DNA from: Malacoraja senta
Taxonomy: Eukaryota
Assembly (NCBI GenBank): GCA_038087875.1
Contig: CM075989.1
Span: 13,952,001 to 14,016,000, forward strand
DNA: 64,000 nucleotides
Direction: 5' to 3'
How positions within the stretch are numbered: position 1 is the stretch's first letter; every line of letters begins with the position of its first letter. The notes under the pieces were generated by a model that saw only the letters and a program-made list of their open reading frames with translations, made no database searches and was not told the DNA's origin. Below are positions 25,568-39,340 of the stretch, piece after piece. A program made the position numbers and the translations under genes.

Positions 25568-27959
25568 CGGTCGAGATTTTGCAACGGGACAGATATTGTA
25601 GAGGGAAAATAACCAATGTAAGGAGGTGGGAGGGAGGGAGGGTGAGATAGGGGCTGGTTGGTGAAACCAGGCGAGGCAAGGAAAGATGAGCAGGTGGAAC
25701 ACAACCGGGGGGCGGGGGGGGGGGAAGAGAGAGAAAAGTTCAGAGATCGAGGCTGGTGGGTGATAGGTGGAAAAAGATAAGGAAGTGATTAGGCAGATAA
25801 GGCCAGCTGGACATGAGGGTGAAGACAGATTTCAAGTATTGTTAAAGATCTGATTTCAACAATAGAAATAAGCTAAAATACACATGTATACCACATCAAT
25901 TAAAACTCTGATTTTAAATAAAATACAATCTAAATATGAACTGTTGAAGGCACTTCACCACTAGTCCTAAATTACTTGCGTATACCACAAAGTTTACAGA
26001 AAATTTAAGAATTTGTTTTATAGCACTTGTTTCATGCAAAACAAAACTGAAAAAGCCTAATTGTACTGGAGGATATTTAAGCACTGAAGACTTTAGCAGA
26101 TGAACAGAACAAAGATATAAAAGAAAAAGGACAATGGGTAAAGCTAGGTCTGTTCATTTCATGAAAAATCCTTTATGTTTATTAATGGATATACTGTTAA
26201 AGAAAGACATGTTTGTACCACAGTGAAATGATCATTGTGGGACCAATGAGGATGGTAGGACAAATCAGATACAGGGGACGATGAGTGCAATGATGGGCCA
26301 AGTACCATCCTGAAACAACAATGTGTTTAGTTCTCAGTTCCTGCAAGATTAGCAGGAAGAAAAACTGCATGAGAAAAGTGAGTGTTACACAGTGGCGAGC
26401 CTTACTTGACCAAATATTGACCATCCCTTCGCCACCATAGTTGCTGCACAACTCACCGAGTCCCTTCAGCAATTAGTTTATTGCTCCAAATTTTACAACA
26501 TCTAGTCTCTTGCCTCCAAATTTATTCATATGTTATCAGTTAAATTTTGGTGCCAAGGTGACAAAAAAAAATAAGAAATTAAAAAGGAAAATAAAATCAA
26601 GTGTGCAGCTGAACTCCAAGTGTAGCTGGATGACACAATGAATATAACAGTGTTCACCATACATTGCACTGCCTATCACCAAAAACACCCATTCATTAAA
26701 TACTTTTCACACATCAGTAACATTTGCCTTAGCTTGGGCTGCAAAAACAAATGTTGAAAGATGTGTTCTAACAATTTTTACTATATCCCGACTTCACAAT
26801 AAAAATAATAAATAAAATTATGAAGATGTGGAATTCAGGAACAGCAAATTTGATGCGCGGCCAACTAGTCTCCAAAAGTCTTTAATCTTAGTTAAGATAT
26901 AAAAATCAAAATTTTAAAGCCTTTTCAAACAACGTATGTTTATCAATGATCAAAACAATACGACTGTCAAATTAAGATCTGAATGAATGATGTTTAAATA
27001 GAGCAAACAAGTGATTATAGATCTGCTGATGAAATGTTTCTTGCACACCATTCTTATTCTTTCAACATTCTTTCTCTTGTTTTGCTGTTTGGTACAATAC
27101 AACCTGTAAAGTGCAGACATCCAAGTGCCATAAGAATGCATCTTGCTGATCTAAATTCAAAGTAATACAATGTATTACAGTCACCATTACAGAATTTTAA
27201 GTGCAGCCAATTGGAATTATTTTCAAACACATATCACATTATAGTTTAACCTGAAGGCTCTGTTAACCTTCAACTTGGCAAGAAAACAGCAACTTGCACA
27301 TTGATACACCATTCGTGATATTATCATTACACTTTGCAAAAGGTCACCACATATGTAATATCTGTATTAAAATGACAATGTGTTACAAGTCAGTGGGAAT
27401 CTTAACCTTTAACAGAAAATGAAACATTTCTGTCCAAGGCCAGCAAGTTGAACTGATGTCTTTCTATCAATCCACACACTGGGTACAAATACATATAATT
27501 AAATTCTTCTAACAAATAAATGTTTTAGTGAAATTCCTAATTCTTAATGAAAACAAATGCGGTGTGTACAGAACATAACAGTTGCTGCAAATCTGAAATG
27601 AAAGAGTATTTTAGCAGCTCAAGCACCATTAACTGAGACAGGGAAACCAAGTAAACATTGCAAGTCGATGAACCTAATCAAAACTGACTACTTCTGCAAC
27701 AAAAAAAAATGCTGGAATAACTCAGCAGATCAGGTAGTATCTCTGGAGAACATGGATGGGTGATGTTTTGGGTTGGGTACTTTCTTCAGACTGGGTTACT
27801 CCAGCAATTTGTGTCTTTATTTGTAAACCAGCATCGGCCATTCCTTGTTTTTTTCATAGTTCTGGAAAGGCTGGTTATTTAAAATCAACATTCAATCAAA
27901 GGGATTGCAACATATTTCACCCTATCTATTTTCAGTTTGGAAGTAAATCACTATATTCC

Positions 27960-28900
27960 AGGCAACATCTGGTGAATCTCATCTGGACTCCCTAAGTTCT
28001 ACCACATCCTTTCCATTGTATGTCAACCAGAACAATACATAATAGTTCCAGTGCAGCCTAACTAATGTTTTGCGCAGCTGCAATATAACTCTCATGCTCA
28101 ATGTCTCAGTCTATGAAGGCAAGCATGTCAAAATGCCTTCTACAGTCCTTAATTCACCAGCGACTCCAATTTCAGAGAATTATGAATGCAGACCCTCCTC
28201 ATGACCCTGCCATCTCAAAATGCATTAACTCACTCATGTCTAGATTAAATTCCCCTTGTCACCATTCTGCCCAACTTCACGGCTGTTTTATGTTTCTCTG
28301 TATCCTTTGATAACCTTCTTTGCTATTTATGATTCCATCAATTTTCGTGTTGACAAACAACAAAAGTCCCAGCGGTATCTCACTGGTTATAGACTGTCAG
28401 GCAGAAAAACAACCCTCCACCGCTATTCTCTGCATGTTGTCACCAGCCCCATTTGGGTCCATTTGCGAACACACCTTGAATTCCATGTCCTTTCACTGTC
28501 TGGACCCGCCTACCTGTAAGGAACATGTCAAAAGCCATATGAAAGTCTATGTAAACCATAATGACCATTCTGCCTTCATCAATGTTTTTACTTAACATCT
28601 CAAAAATCTCAAGCTCATTTACGAGATATGATCTCTGCTGCACAAAACAATGCTGACTCCTAATCAGATCATGCCTTTCCAAGTGTCCACAAATACAATA
28701 ATCTCCCTACTATTGATGCCAGGATCACCAACCTGAAGCTTTGTGGCTTATCTCACTGCCCTTTGTGAATAGGAGGACAGCATTAGCTATCTTCCAGTCT
28801 TCTGGCACATCACCAGAGTCTGACGAAAATACAAAAATCCCTGTAAGGGGCCCAGCAATCTTCTTGCTTCCTGTAATATCGCAGATTAGATCCTTGGAGA
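27960..28900 (-). mobile_element. Decayed CR1 LINE fragment
   Basis: Antisense translation SQHCFVQQRSYLVN...VYIDFHMAFD resembles the CR1 RT. Other old CR1 fragments lie near 11720-12090, 15360-15750, 18800-19540, 21170-21775, 41070-41540 and 45540-46300. Confidence 0.75.
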
Positions 28901-31900
28901 TATGACCACCTTAAGATCCATCAATATATTTAAAGCTCTTCCACCTTCCCGATACAGAAATGGTTCAAAATATCAGCTTATCGTTGGTGAATACTCTACC
29001 TTGGTGAATACTGAGAAATGTCCAGTTAATGTCATATCTCATGCCACTACTCACAGCCATCAACTCCTTTAAAACAAAACTGAGAGACATACATGTTTTT
29101 AATCTAAATGCTCAATGACAGAATCAGAGAGTTTATGAAAATGATGAGCTCTGCATCTCACTTTCCTGACCCTATTTTCCACTTGCAAAAAAACTTGCAG
29201 AAGATAATGTAGAACGCTGCTGAAGCAGGATGGAGCCTCAGAGCAATTTGTACGCATGGACAAGCATTTTTTAAAGCATTGGCATTCCAGGTTTGGTTCC
29301 GACCTCCAGTGTTCGTTGTCTGGGGTTTGCTCATTCTCCCCATGGATTTCCCCAATCCAGGCACAGGTTTCCTTTGGAATCCTGGGGACATGGAGATAGG
29401 TGGGATAACTGGCTGTTGCAGATTGTCCCTGGTGTAAAGGTGGATGGTGGGGTCTGCGATGAGAATGGAATAGGATTGTAATAGTCTTGAAATTAGCTCA
29501 GTGGATTGGGGACTTTCTAAATGTTTCTGGGGACTCTCTAAATGTGAGCACCTCAAGTCAGGGCCACCCTCATCCCAATGTTCCATGATTCCTTAATACT
29601 CAAGGCACAAACTTTTTTTCAGAAGCACAGATTTAAAATTTCAGATAACATCAACTACTTTGGACAGAGTTGCATCTAACTTTAATAAAGAAATATTTCT
29701 GGACATCTGAACGACCCGTGTGATTTTAATGATGTGTCATCTAGTTCTAAAATCACCCACTAGTGGAATGTTTATTTCTATGTACCTTACTAAATCCATT
29801 TAAAATCCCAGAAATAAACAAATCAACCCTCATATCTCATAAAAATGCAGCCTGGTTAATTAAATTTCTTCTGAAAACACAACCACTTGAACCTAGTAAA
29901 AGTGCACTCGTGGCTAACAGATCTTTCAAGGAGAGATGATCAGTATGAAACATGGTTCCAGACTTGTTCTAGCCAGTGGTTTCGTCACCAGTGTAATATA
30001 TAATCCTTTGAAATTCAATTATTTCTTTCATTTTATTTTTGAGCTAACAGTTTCTTCATGTGGAAATTTAGCATCTGCATCTTTCCTCAATCTATAAAAC
30101 TCCTGTACTGAGTGCACCTGAAATAACTTTTAATCCTGGTGTGGAAACAATCTCAGTAATTTTCCTTTCTTATTTTTAGTGAGTAGAGCCCCTTGCCCCC
30201 AATGAGTACACACCGATTCTATATTAAATTCCTTTTGAACATTTGCAACTATCCATTTCTGATTTAACTTTACAGGTTTTGCCCAATTTAATATTGGTTT
30301 ATTAATCTCACATATTCTACGATATAGGTGAAAAACTTTATTTGCTGTCAGTCTCCTTCTCATTGTTTTAAAATGTGCTCAATCACCATTTAGAAACTCA
30401 GTTATTTCTTCATAAAATTAACATTGAATGTAATATGCTTAGCTATATATGCACTTCCTTATTATTTTGGTCTATTACTTACTTAGCATATTATGGGTTA
30501 TTCCCTTGTAGGTTCCAAAATATATCGCTCCTGTAATCCATCTTGAATGTATTCAAGGAATTCTAATGCTATCTGATTAACTTCTCCGTTCATCCCAATA
30601 CATGTGAAAAATTAAGTCCCCCTTTAAATAATTTGCTTTTACCACAAGCACAACTAATCTTTCAACTGATATCCATCCTATTGGGATAGTAAAATAATAT
30701 GTGATTTATTGCCAGGTCAAACTTGAGTAAGAAATACATTATGCTATGAACCTCAAAGTTAATTTTTACGATGTACCATTTTAAGCACAGTTCTGAACTG
30801 AACAATCTGAGGCTTCATTCTATCTTATTAATTCTAGCAGCCAAGCAAGTAGACTGGATCTATGCAAGGAAAACAGAGGCTTTATTTTCCCACAACAGGC
30901 AATTCTGGCTCAGTGACCATAAAAAGTATTTTTGGAACCAGAGAGATACAACTGGATGGTGATTACAGAACAATTGGAAGTTGATCCTGCCCCCATGAGA
31001 AATATAATCAAAACACTATGCCAATGAGAAAGACAAAGTAATGACTGTTATTCCTCACACATTTTAAAAAGTAATTAGGGACCTTGAGAGAATGCTTCAT
31101 GGAAACAGAGGCTGCACAAAGATTAGCAGGTATGGAATAATTCAAAGGTAATCTCTAGCTATTGAGATATCATTTAAATACAATTTCAAACTCAGTGCTT
31201 AAATTGGAACAATACATTCAAAAATTTAACAAGGAGGGGATGGTGGGGTGGTTTGTTGCAAGAAGTCAGCCATCAAGAGCACCAAGTAACTTTCCAAGAT
31301 CAATTTGAGATACCAAGCTACAACGACAGTCACAATTACCTGGACTAACAACTGTTATCTGAAATCTGGTGCAAAAACCAATTTACATAGAGATAAGACC
31401 GCTCACATGTAATGTTCAGAAGTCAATTTCCCAAGCCTCTGTTGCAACACCCACAATCACAACTTCAAAATTAATTTTGTTTTAATAAATACATTGCAAT
31501 TATGGACTGGTTTTGATTACATTTCACAAATAAGTTTAATTAAGTAAAATTATGGTCTAAGGTAGATTGAAACTAAGATAATTTTAAAAATATTTTTTCA
31601 AAAAAATGGCTTTAACATTACTCTATTTAAGATATATATTGCTATCTGGCCACCATGCACAATAGTTTGATCAAGTGTGTATAAAGTAAGAAATAATACA
31701 ATTACTAAAATGTCGATAAATGGATAGTGGCGAATGGCAACTTTCAGTTTTTAGGTCAAACGTGCAGCCACAGTCCCAAATTAACCCATCAGGATCTAAT
31801 CTTGCCATGTTCTCAGTTTGAACTTCAAACCATGCTATCAAGTAGAATTACTATACGAATTCCTGATAAATTAACTTAAATACAGAATGTAATTACTAAG

Positions 31901-32877
31901 AAAATGTTAAAACAAAAAAAAGGCAAGAAACAAAATCACCACAAGGTACAGTAATGTATAGAGGTTGTTTCAACATTTTAAACTGGGCCAGTAAATTGTG
32001 TAAAGCTACTAAAATGGTATCAAATACCCGAGGACAATTCAAATATTACATATTATGACCAGGGCAACCATATTTGCTTCAATTGAATTGCAATTGTCTT
32101 TTTAAATGTTCTCAGGTTCAGCAAAATCATTGAGGTCTTTATAGTTTAGATTCAGAATTGTAAATATTTAAATCATAAAACACAATATCCTGCAGATGCT
32201 GGAAACTGTAGCAATTAAGGAAAGCACCTACCTAGAGGAACAGCGAACCAGGCAACGTCTTATGTGCTATAATCACATTTGTTTAATCATAAATTAAATT
32301 TAATTACTCCCATAACTTCGAATCAGTTCGATAGCATTACATAGTTTTCATTCCTTTACTCCGTTTCTTAACGATCTAATTTCTGCAGCGCAGGTTATGC
32401 CACATTCTTTAAGCGTGCCACTGACAAAAGATCCCGAGGCAAAAGCTGCGTTATCACCAGAGGATCAGATATCGAAAGTACAAAACTAGTATTAAAATGC
32501 AACTGGACAGTTAACAGAGAATTAATACAACATTTGACGACTATTTTGTTGGTTGCTTTCCCCAGTTGACCATCCAAACTGTGCTCGCCTTGGTTTAAGG
32601 ACCGGAACGGGCTGCTCTACAGTTCCAGCGATAACTGAGGGATGTTCATGTCGCCGTTCTCTGTACTATTGACTAAACGCCGCCCCGATCCCCGAGTGTG
32701 GACACGGGCTGGCAGTGAGCAGTGAGCAGCGAGGGGAGAGGAGGGGAACTCGCCCGCCCCACGCCACTGCCGTCCGGCCTCGGGTGCGGGAGCAACGCTC
32801 CGGCGGGGTCCGGGCCTCCTCCCAGTACAGGGCTACAGGCCCGGGAGACGAGCCCTCCCGCCCGGTCCGCACCTTAC

Positions 32878-32901
32878 CTTAGCCGCCTCTCCCTTCTCCA
32901 T
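32878..32901 (-). CDS. SECISBP2L: SECISBP2L coding exon 1 (MEKGEAAK)
   Basis: ATG in good context (ggcATGg) inside the CpG island, 8 codons, then donor AAG|GTAAGG. Phase 0 matches exon 2. As I recall it, the human protein also has 8 residues before the NVKLSAEVEPF block. Confidence 0.85.
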
Positions 32902-32934
32902 GCCCGCTACCCGACCCACGGCGGCCAGGCGCTG

Positions 32935-32967
32935 TCAGACGGTGACGGTGACGGCCGCCAGCTTCAT
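32935..32967 (-). other. Upstream ORF MKLAAVTVTV-UGA, in frame with the SECISBP2L ATG
   Basis: aacATGa start 66 nt upstream of the main ATG, stop context TGA-C, and an open frame from the stop to the main ATG. Requires a TSS upstream of 32967. Confidence 0.5.
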
Positions 32968-34483
32968 GTTGTTGCTCGGGGTTGGGTGGATCCGTGTCGC
33001 ATAAACACGTCGCTCGAACCCCGCCCCGCCGTCGCTACGGCCCCCCGACGGAACCCGAACCGCTCAATACACACCGAGTGCGACCGCCGTCCCTCCCCTC
33101 GAAACAGGCGCTGGTTGTCCAGGAGTCTCCTCTCCCTGGACCCCGCCGCTGTTCGCCTCATGCCTCGGAGTCCTGCTCTTGTCATGAGAAACCAATAAAA
33201 CAAATAGCTGTGAGAAAATTTGAGCTGCAAATGGCGACAGGCTCGTTTTCGACCACTAGTGGAGATAATTTAATCTTCCAATCCTGCACAGAATGGGGTG
33301 ACTTTGGTGGTAGATGGTGTTAGCATATTTCAGATTGGCTGGCTTCCTTCAGAGTCTGTGTCCCTTTGTTATATCTTGTTATATGGTCTCTGACATTCTT
33401 GTTATTTAGTTGAAGACCCCTACCATCACGAAACACTTTGTTTATTTAATGGCACCTGTCACAGTGAGTTTCCAAAACCACAGTTATCCTTTCTTCAGGA
33501 TGGCCTTGGACATGAGGATGGTTTGCTTCCACTCCAGCTCATTGGGTTCTGAGGACATTCGAAGCCAATACCATGCCCGAAATGATGCCACGGACAGATG
33601 GAGCAGGAAGTGGTGGAGGGTAATATGAGAGGTTGTGCACAATTTTCACTGTCGAACTGGACACCCACTTGCTCCTGATGAGGGGACTCAAGGTTGCAGG
33701 TGCCATTCCAGATGCTTTGCCATTATGAGCAACCATGGGCCAGCAATTCTATCAAACTATCCTTGAAGTATTTCTAAAGTCATCCAGGCAACTTCTTCTT
33801 GTGGCTTGTCATGGGGCCTTAGTATTAGGTTTGTAAATGTCGTTGTGTGTCCAGGTAGGCCGGCAGAGTTGGATCAACATAGAACAGCACAGTACAGGGA
33901 CAGGCCCTACTGCCTACAATGTCTGTTCTCAACATGATGCCAAATTAATCTAATCTCCTCTGCATTGAATTCACATCCCTCTATTCCCCACATTTCCCTC
34001 TATTCGCTACATATCTGTGTGCGTATCTAAAAGCCTCTCAAATGCCACTGACAACATGAAAATCATCATAGTTGTGGATACTGAGGTAGATTATCAAAGG
34101 ATAAGCATGATATTGATCAGTTGCTAATATGGGCAGAGAAATGGTAAATGCCGTTTAATCTGGAAAAAATGTGAACTGTTGCATTTTGGGAGATAAAATG
34201 TACGAGGAAAGTATACAGTAAATGGCAAGGCCTTTAAGAGTGTTGGTGTACAGAGTTTTGCAAGAACACAATAGCATGAATGTCATGTTCTGTGTCTGCG
34301 AATTATATTTCAAATTATTCATTAGCCTAGCATTAACTGATCTTAACATTGCTACAACATACACAATATTACATCCAAGAAGGATTCCTTTCCTTCAGAC
34401 ATATTAAAGGAAACATCATCGATAAATCAGCTACAGAGCATGGGAGAGCTCAGGGATGCTAGATGTCTACAATATATTAGTTT

Positions 34484-34611
34484 CTCTTCTTCTTGCGTAT
34501 GGCGTGCACATCCTAAAGTTGTTCTATTTGATCTTATTTGATTGTGCTCGCCAGATTGATTGCATTCGTTGAAACAGGGCGGACCACTTAAAGGTTGCAA
34601 TCTCCCACCCC
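34484..34611 (-). mobile_element. Short non-autonomous retroelement with an HDV-like ribozyme head, copy A
   Basis: 13-bp TSD AATATATTAGTTT (34471-34483, 34612-34624). Starts GGGGTGGGAGATTGCAACC and ends GCCATACGCAAGAAGAAGAG. Confidence 0.85.
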
Positions 34612-35774
34612 AATATATTAGTTTTAGAAGAAAGATCAGTCACCCGCTGAGTTTCTCCAGCATTTTTTGTCCACCTTTGATTTTTCCAGTATCTGCAGTT
34701 TTTTCTTAAACTGTACATTTATCAGTTCACACATGGATCATTGGCGACAATATCAGGTGATAGATGTTGTGGAAAAAGTTGCTGCTTATCTGGTGATCGC
34801 CTGTAACCTTGCCCCGCCTTTCTTCATTGTTTGGCATCTACAAAACAGGAAGTATGTAAGCTATGTGCCACTGCAATTACCCTGCAATTTGAGAGAAATT
34901 GCTGGAATGCGGAGGCGAGGTGGGCAGGTATGTTGAACAGAAAGCTTTACATCAGCAGGTTTCAGGAAAGGGAATATTCCATGTCCCAAAGATGGCAGAG
35001 TTCTTGTGGAAATATCTTTTCTCCAGTTCAGGGTGGGTAGCATTTAACTAATCATTGACTACAGAGTCCAAACTATTAAAAGAATGTTGTTCACAAATGT
35101 TAAAAAATAATTTCAAGAATGTTTTGGCATTTTTTATGATTTATCCTCAGTCATCCCTAACTCTTTGGGAGGAGTTTTGTTTTATCGTTTCATCCAAGAT
35201 ATCTGTGCAAGTAAGTTCCAAGATTTTTTTCCAGAGCTTTTTTGTTTTCTATTTCTGCATCACTACTTGCTTCTTGCATGGTTTGCGCAGATACGATTTT
35301 TATCAATGATGTGGAAAATAAAAATCGGGAACTTTTGGAAATGTGTCAGTTAATTGATGCTTAATTTGGACTTCCTGGAAAACTGCATTTGGTTTTCCAA
35401 GTTTAATCAGGATTGAAGATAGACACAAAAAGCTGGAGAAACTCAGCGGGTCAGGCAGCATCTCTGCAGAAAAGGAATAGGCGATGTTTCGGGTCAAGCC
35501 CCTTCTTCTCGATCCAAAACAACACCCATTCCTTTTCTCCAGAGATGCTGCCTGACCCGCTGAGTTACTCCAGCTTTTTGAGTATCTTCTGTTTAAACCA
35601 GCATCTGCAGTTCCTTCCTACACATTTCATCATGATTGAAGTCCCTTTCTGAAGAATAAGTGTGTGGGTTCAGAAATCTTGCATGACAGAGCAATGGTAA
35701 TGGGTATGTTTGAGGTCTTGGTTAATGGAGATTATTTTATTTTCTTCAATTACTGGACCTCATGAGGAGTTGCT

Positions 35775-35828
35775 GGGGTGGTAGATTGCAACCTTCACGT
35801 GGTCTGCCCTGTTTCGACTAATGCAATC
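35775..35828 (+). ncRNA. Predicted minimal HDV-like ribozyme (head of copy B, element 35775-35861, 3'-truncated)
   Basis: P1 GGGGTGG/CTGCCCT with G1.U wobble, P2 GATTGCA/TGCAATC, P3 ACC/GGT, L3 TTCACGT, P1.1 C-G, P4 reduced to T-TTCG-A, J4/2 CTAA with candidate catalytic C35818. Confidence 0.75.
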
Positions 35829-38181
35829 AACCCGACGTGCACAATCAAATAAGATCAAATATTTGTCCAGCCAAGATGTCAGGCATACTTGAGGCTTCCA
35901 GTGACATACAACTATGCGGTATTCAAAGTGATGTCAACAAGTCAAGTTCACCAATTGCTTCAATGACCCTCAGCTATAGAGTACACGGGCTCAACATTGA
36001 TGTCCATAACACTGAAGCTGATGCTCCTCATTATTTTTTGGATTAGGTCGATCTTCATCTCAGTCTTGGCAGCTTTGTCAGGTGGTTGCAACAGGGCACC
36101 ATGTGATTTGGTCTCTTTTCAAATCAAAGGTGTGTGTTCAAGGATAGACACAAAAAGCTGGAGTAACTCAGCGGGTCAGACAGCATCTCTGGAAAAAAGG
36201 GATCGTGCCATTTCGTGTTGAGACCCTTCTTCAGACAGGAATTCATCCCACCAATAATCATAAGCCAATCTAAAACATAGATTGTGGACACATATGTGGA
36301 CAATGTGTGTTTAACACATGCATCGAAAAGCATTAACACTTACAATCTTCTGCATGGTCCTGGGCAGTGTGCAGTATTGACGTAAAACTTTGCTGCAATA
36401 AGATCCCATCGAGGTAACTAACCAATGGTTGTTCATCAGGTTTTGACATGTCTCCATTTCTGGAAATATTTCTCCAAGAAACTTGACTATTAAAAGAATA
36501 GCAGATCTCGAAACAAATACAATAATTTCCGTGTTAATTCAACTAGCAAAAACTCAATGTAGCTTTACCACGCAGCGCCTTCGGCCCACGTTTGTTTTTT
36601 GCCATGTGCTGTGTTTACTGATTTCAGCTGCAGAGGCTGCTACTAGTGTACATTGCTATTGCTATTACCCCTCATAGTTTAGATGCCAGCTGAGTCCTTG
36701 AACATGTTTGACAGTGGTGTCTTCCTCAAATGGAATGTCAGCACTTGTCATCTGATGAGCATATGAAGATCATCCTCTTGTTAAAGACATTGGTTGTTTA
36801 TGGAACTAATCCTCGTAGGAGAGAAAGGGACAAAAGAAAAATTGAAAAAGAAAATGCATTCTCTGAAATATTAGCTTCACTGCTTCCAAAGAACCTGCAC
36901 TGAAATATAATTTACAGTATATTTCAAACATTATGATTAAACTCTAACAGAGCAAATGTTTTATTCAAATAGACCACAATGATCTTTGTTGCAAATGAAA
37001 GTATACACCCTCAACATTTTACAAAAGATGCATTTAAAGGGGTTGCATACACACACGCATGCACACGCACACACTCTCTCCCTCTCTCACCTACATACAC
37101 ACTCTCACATAAATGTTTACCACAGTCCATTTACCAAAGGAATTGATACTTTAAAATACCTATACGGTGGTTAAATGTTTTTGCACATCTAAATGTTAAT
37201 CTTGTAATTTCACCTGGTACCTGCCGACAGGTGAGCCAGGCAGTACTTTTTTTTGCCATTGTTTGCATTTCCAGCAACCTCAGTCTTTACGTTTTAATCG
37301 TTGCTGTTCGATTCGTCTTCTCTCCTGAGAATGCTGCTCTTGAAATTCACCTTTTCCCTTCATCATTATTGTTGTTTGTTTTTTGCTCCCTTGTACTCTC
37401 ACTGTTGTTGATTTCCAAGAACAATTATAGGGAAGGAGGCCCAGCATGTCCATACTAGTTCTCTACAAAACAACCCTATACTTTTGTCCTTTGTCCTTAG
37501 CCCTGAAATAATTCCTTCAATACATATTTTTTGAATTCCCTCTCAAAAGTGAAACTTGCCTCCATCACATCTGGAGATAGGGCATTCTGCATTTCCTTCT
37601 CCAATATCTTCTTCTAACTGTTGCTTCTCATTCCAGCAACCATCCTCTTTTCTTGGCCCTCTCTAATGTCTTCACACCGATCCTCCGAGGCAATGTGAAT
37701 TGAGACACGGCTTGAAGCGGGATCAGTTTTTTTAGTAAAGGTTCTATATGACTTTCCTGCTTTTCTACTCTATGCTTCCTCTGATAAAGCCCACTCACCA
37801 TGATAATGTGTGTGTTACTAAGCCAACTTCGTATCCATGCTATCAATATCCTTTTATGTCATGTGCTGCAACATTACTGATATCCTAACCTATCCAGAAC
37901 CTTCTGATACATTACATTAGAGAACATAGAACAGTACAGCACAAGAACGGGGCCTATGGCCCATGATGTTAAATTAAACTGCAGCCACATCAACTGCATT
38001 ATTTCATCAACTATATCTGTTACCTCATGGAAAAACTTCTATAAATTGGTTAACAGCTCTTAACAAATCCTGTCTTGGATCGATGTTTCTAAAAGCTTTC
38101 CCTGCACTAGTCTTGAGCTTACCTCCTCTGTATCAAGATTTGCTATTGAACTACTGCCAGTGGTTTTGAGCAGAACATTAA

Positions 38182-38418
38182 AGGACCTGTCCCACTTTCA
38201 CGACCTAATTCACGACCTCTACCGAGTTTGCCCTTGACTCATATTCGCAGCATGGTTGTCATGAGGTCGTAGGAGGTCGTAGGTAGGTCGTAGAAGGCCG
38301 TGATGCTAGTCGTAGGTACTCGTGGCATCAAGTCGGTCGGGGCGTTTTTCTAGCATGATGAAAAATGTCCACGAGCAAAAACGGTCGTGAATTAGGTGGT
38401 GAAAGTGGGACAGGCCCT
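38182..38418. mobile_element. PIF/Harbinger-type MITE
   Basis: 36-bp TIRs AGG(A/G)CCTGTCCCACTTTCAC(G/C)ACCTAATTCACGACC with 2 mismatches. Perfect TAA TSD at 38179-38181 and 38419-38421. Internal GGTCGT repeats. Confidence 0.9.
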
Positions 38419-39340
38419 TAATGCTTTGTCTCCTTGTAATTAGACTGAGTAAGTTGCTATCAAAGAGACCCAATCAAAGGTTTCTGTGGCACTATCATTT
38501 CACACACCAAATCATTCTATCCTACTTTTGAGCACCAAAATGGTACATTTGTCGACCCATTGTCTTGCGTCTCCTGTGCGTGATCCTGACCTCCATTGCT
38601 GTCTGTATGGGGTTTGTATATTCTCCCTGCAACTGTACATGTTTCCTCCAAGTGCTCCCGTTTCCTCCCATATCACAAGGATGTGCAGATTGGTTGGTTA
38701 AATGGATACTGGAAATTTCCCTGGTGGTTATATGAGTGGTAGAATCTAGACGGGTTGAAAGGAATGTGGGGAGAATTTTTGAAAAAGTAGATTAGTATAA
38801 ATACACGTAGGCACTTGCCAGTTGGCATAGTGGCATTGGGCTAGAGGACCTATCTCTGTGCTGCATCTCTCCATGACTCCACAAGTATTATCTTGATTTA
38901 TTTCTTCCATAATATCAGCTGGGTTTATTTCCCAGTTGACTTTGTCCCCAGGCTCAGATCATTGCCCATCTGGACTGTAACAAACAACTTCTGTCTTCTT
39001 TTTAGGTAGCGAGCTTTTGAAGCAAAAGTACCACTTGGTTCCAGCCATTTCCTAAAAATACCTTATTTGCACATTGATTTTATTTTCCTTTGAAAGTTTT
39101 CTTGTGTTCCACAACCTCCATCAAAGATTTACCAGGAGTAAGAGATATGGCTTCATTCCCATCCCCTCCGCAGCAAACTACAATTGAGCATTGTTTTCCT
39201 GCTGTTTTATTATTTGAGGCAATCTTCCTTTGTGATTCAGAGCACTTTTATCTTTAACCTTTCGGATTATGCTCTGGCTTCTTACCCTTGGGAACTACTG
39301 TAGAAACTTGTCCTCAAATACATTTCCACCCATGACATTA

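Larger units (their letters stand above)
32590..33240. promoter_or_regulatory. CpG-island promoter and 5' UTR of SECISBP2L
   Basis: Abrupt GC- and CpG-rich stretch in an AT-rich background around exon 1. GC boxes (ccgccc), CCAAT at 33192-33196 and a YY1-like CAAATGGCG at 33228-33236. Confidence 0.85.

Noticed and set aside
32666..33323. Overlapping 68-158 aa ORFs at the promoter
   Set aside because: Expected by-product of high GC content; only the 24-nt exon 1 and short uORFs are supported.
37047..37108. Mixed (CA)/(CT) microsatellite; also (AAT)n at 22590 and G runs at 51628-51655
   Set aside because: Ordinary simple repeats or retroelement tails.
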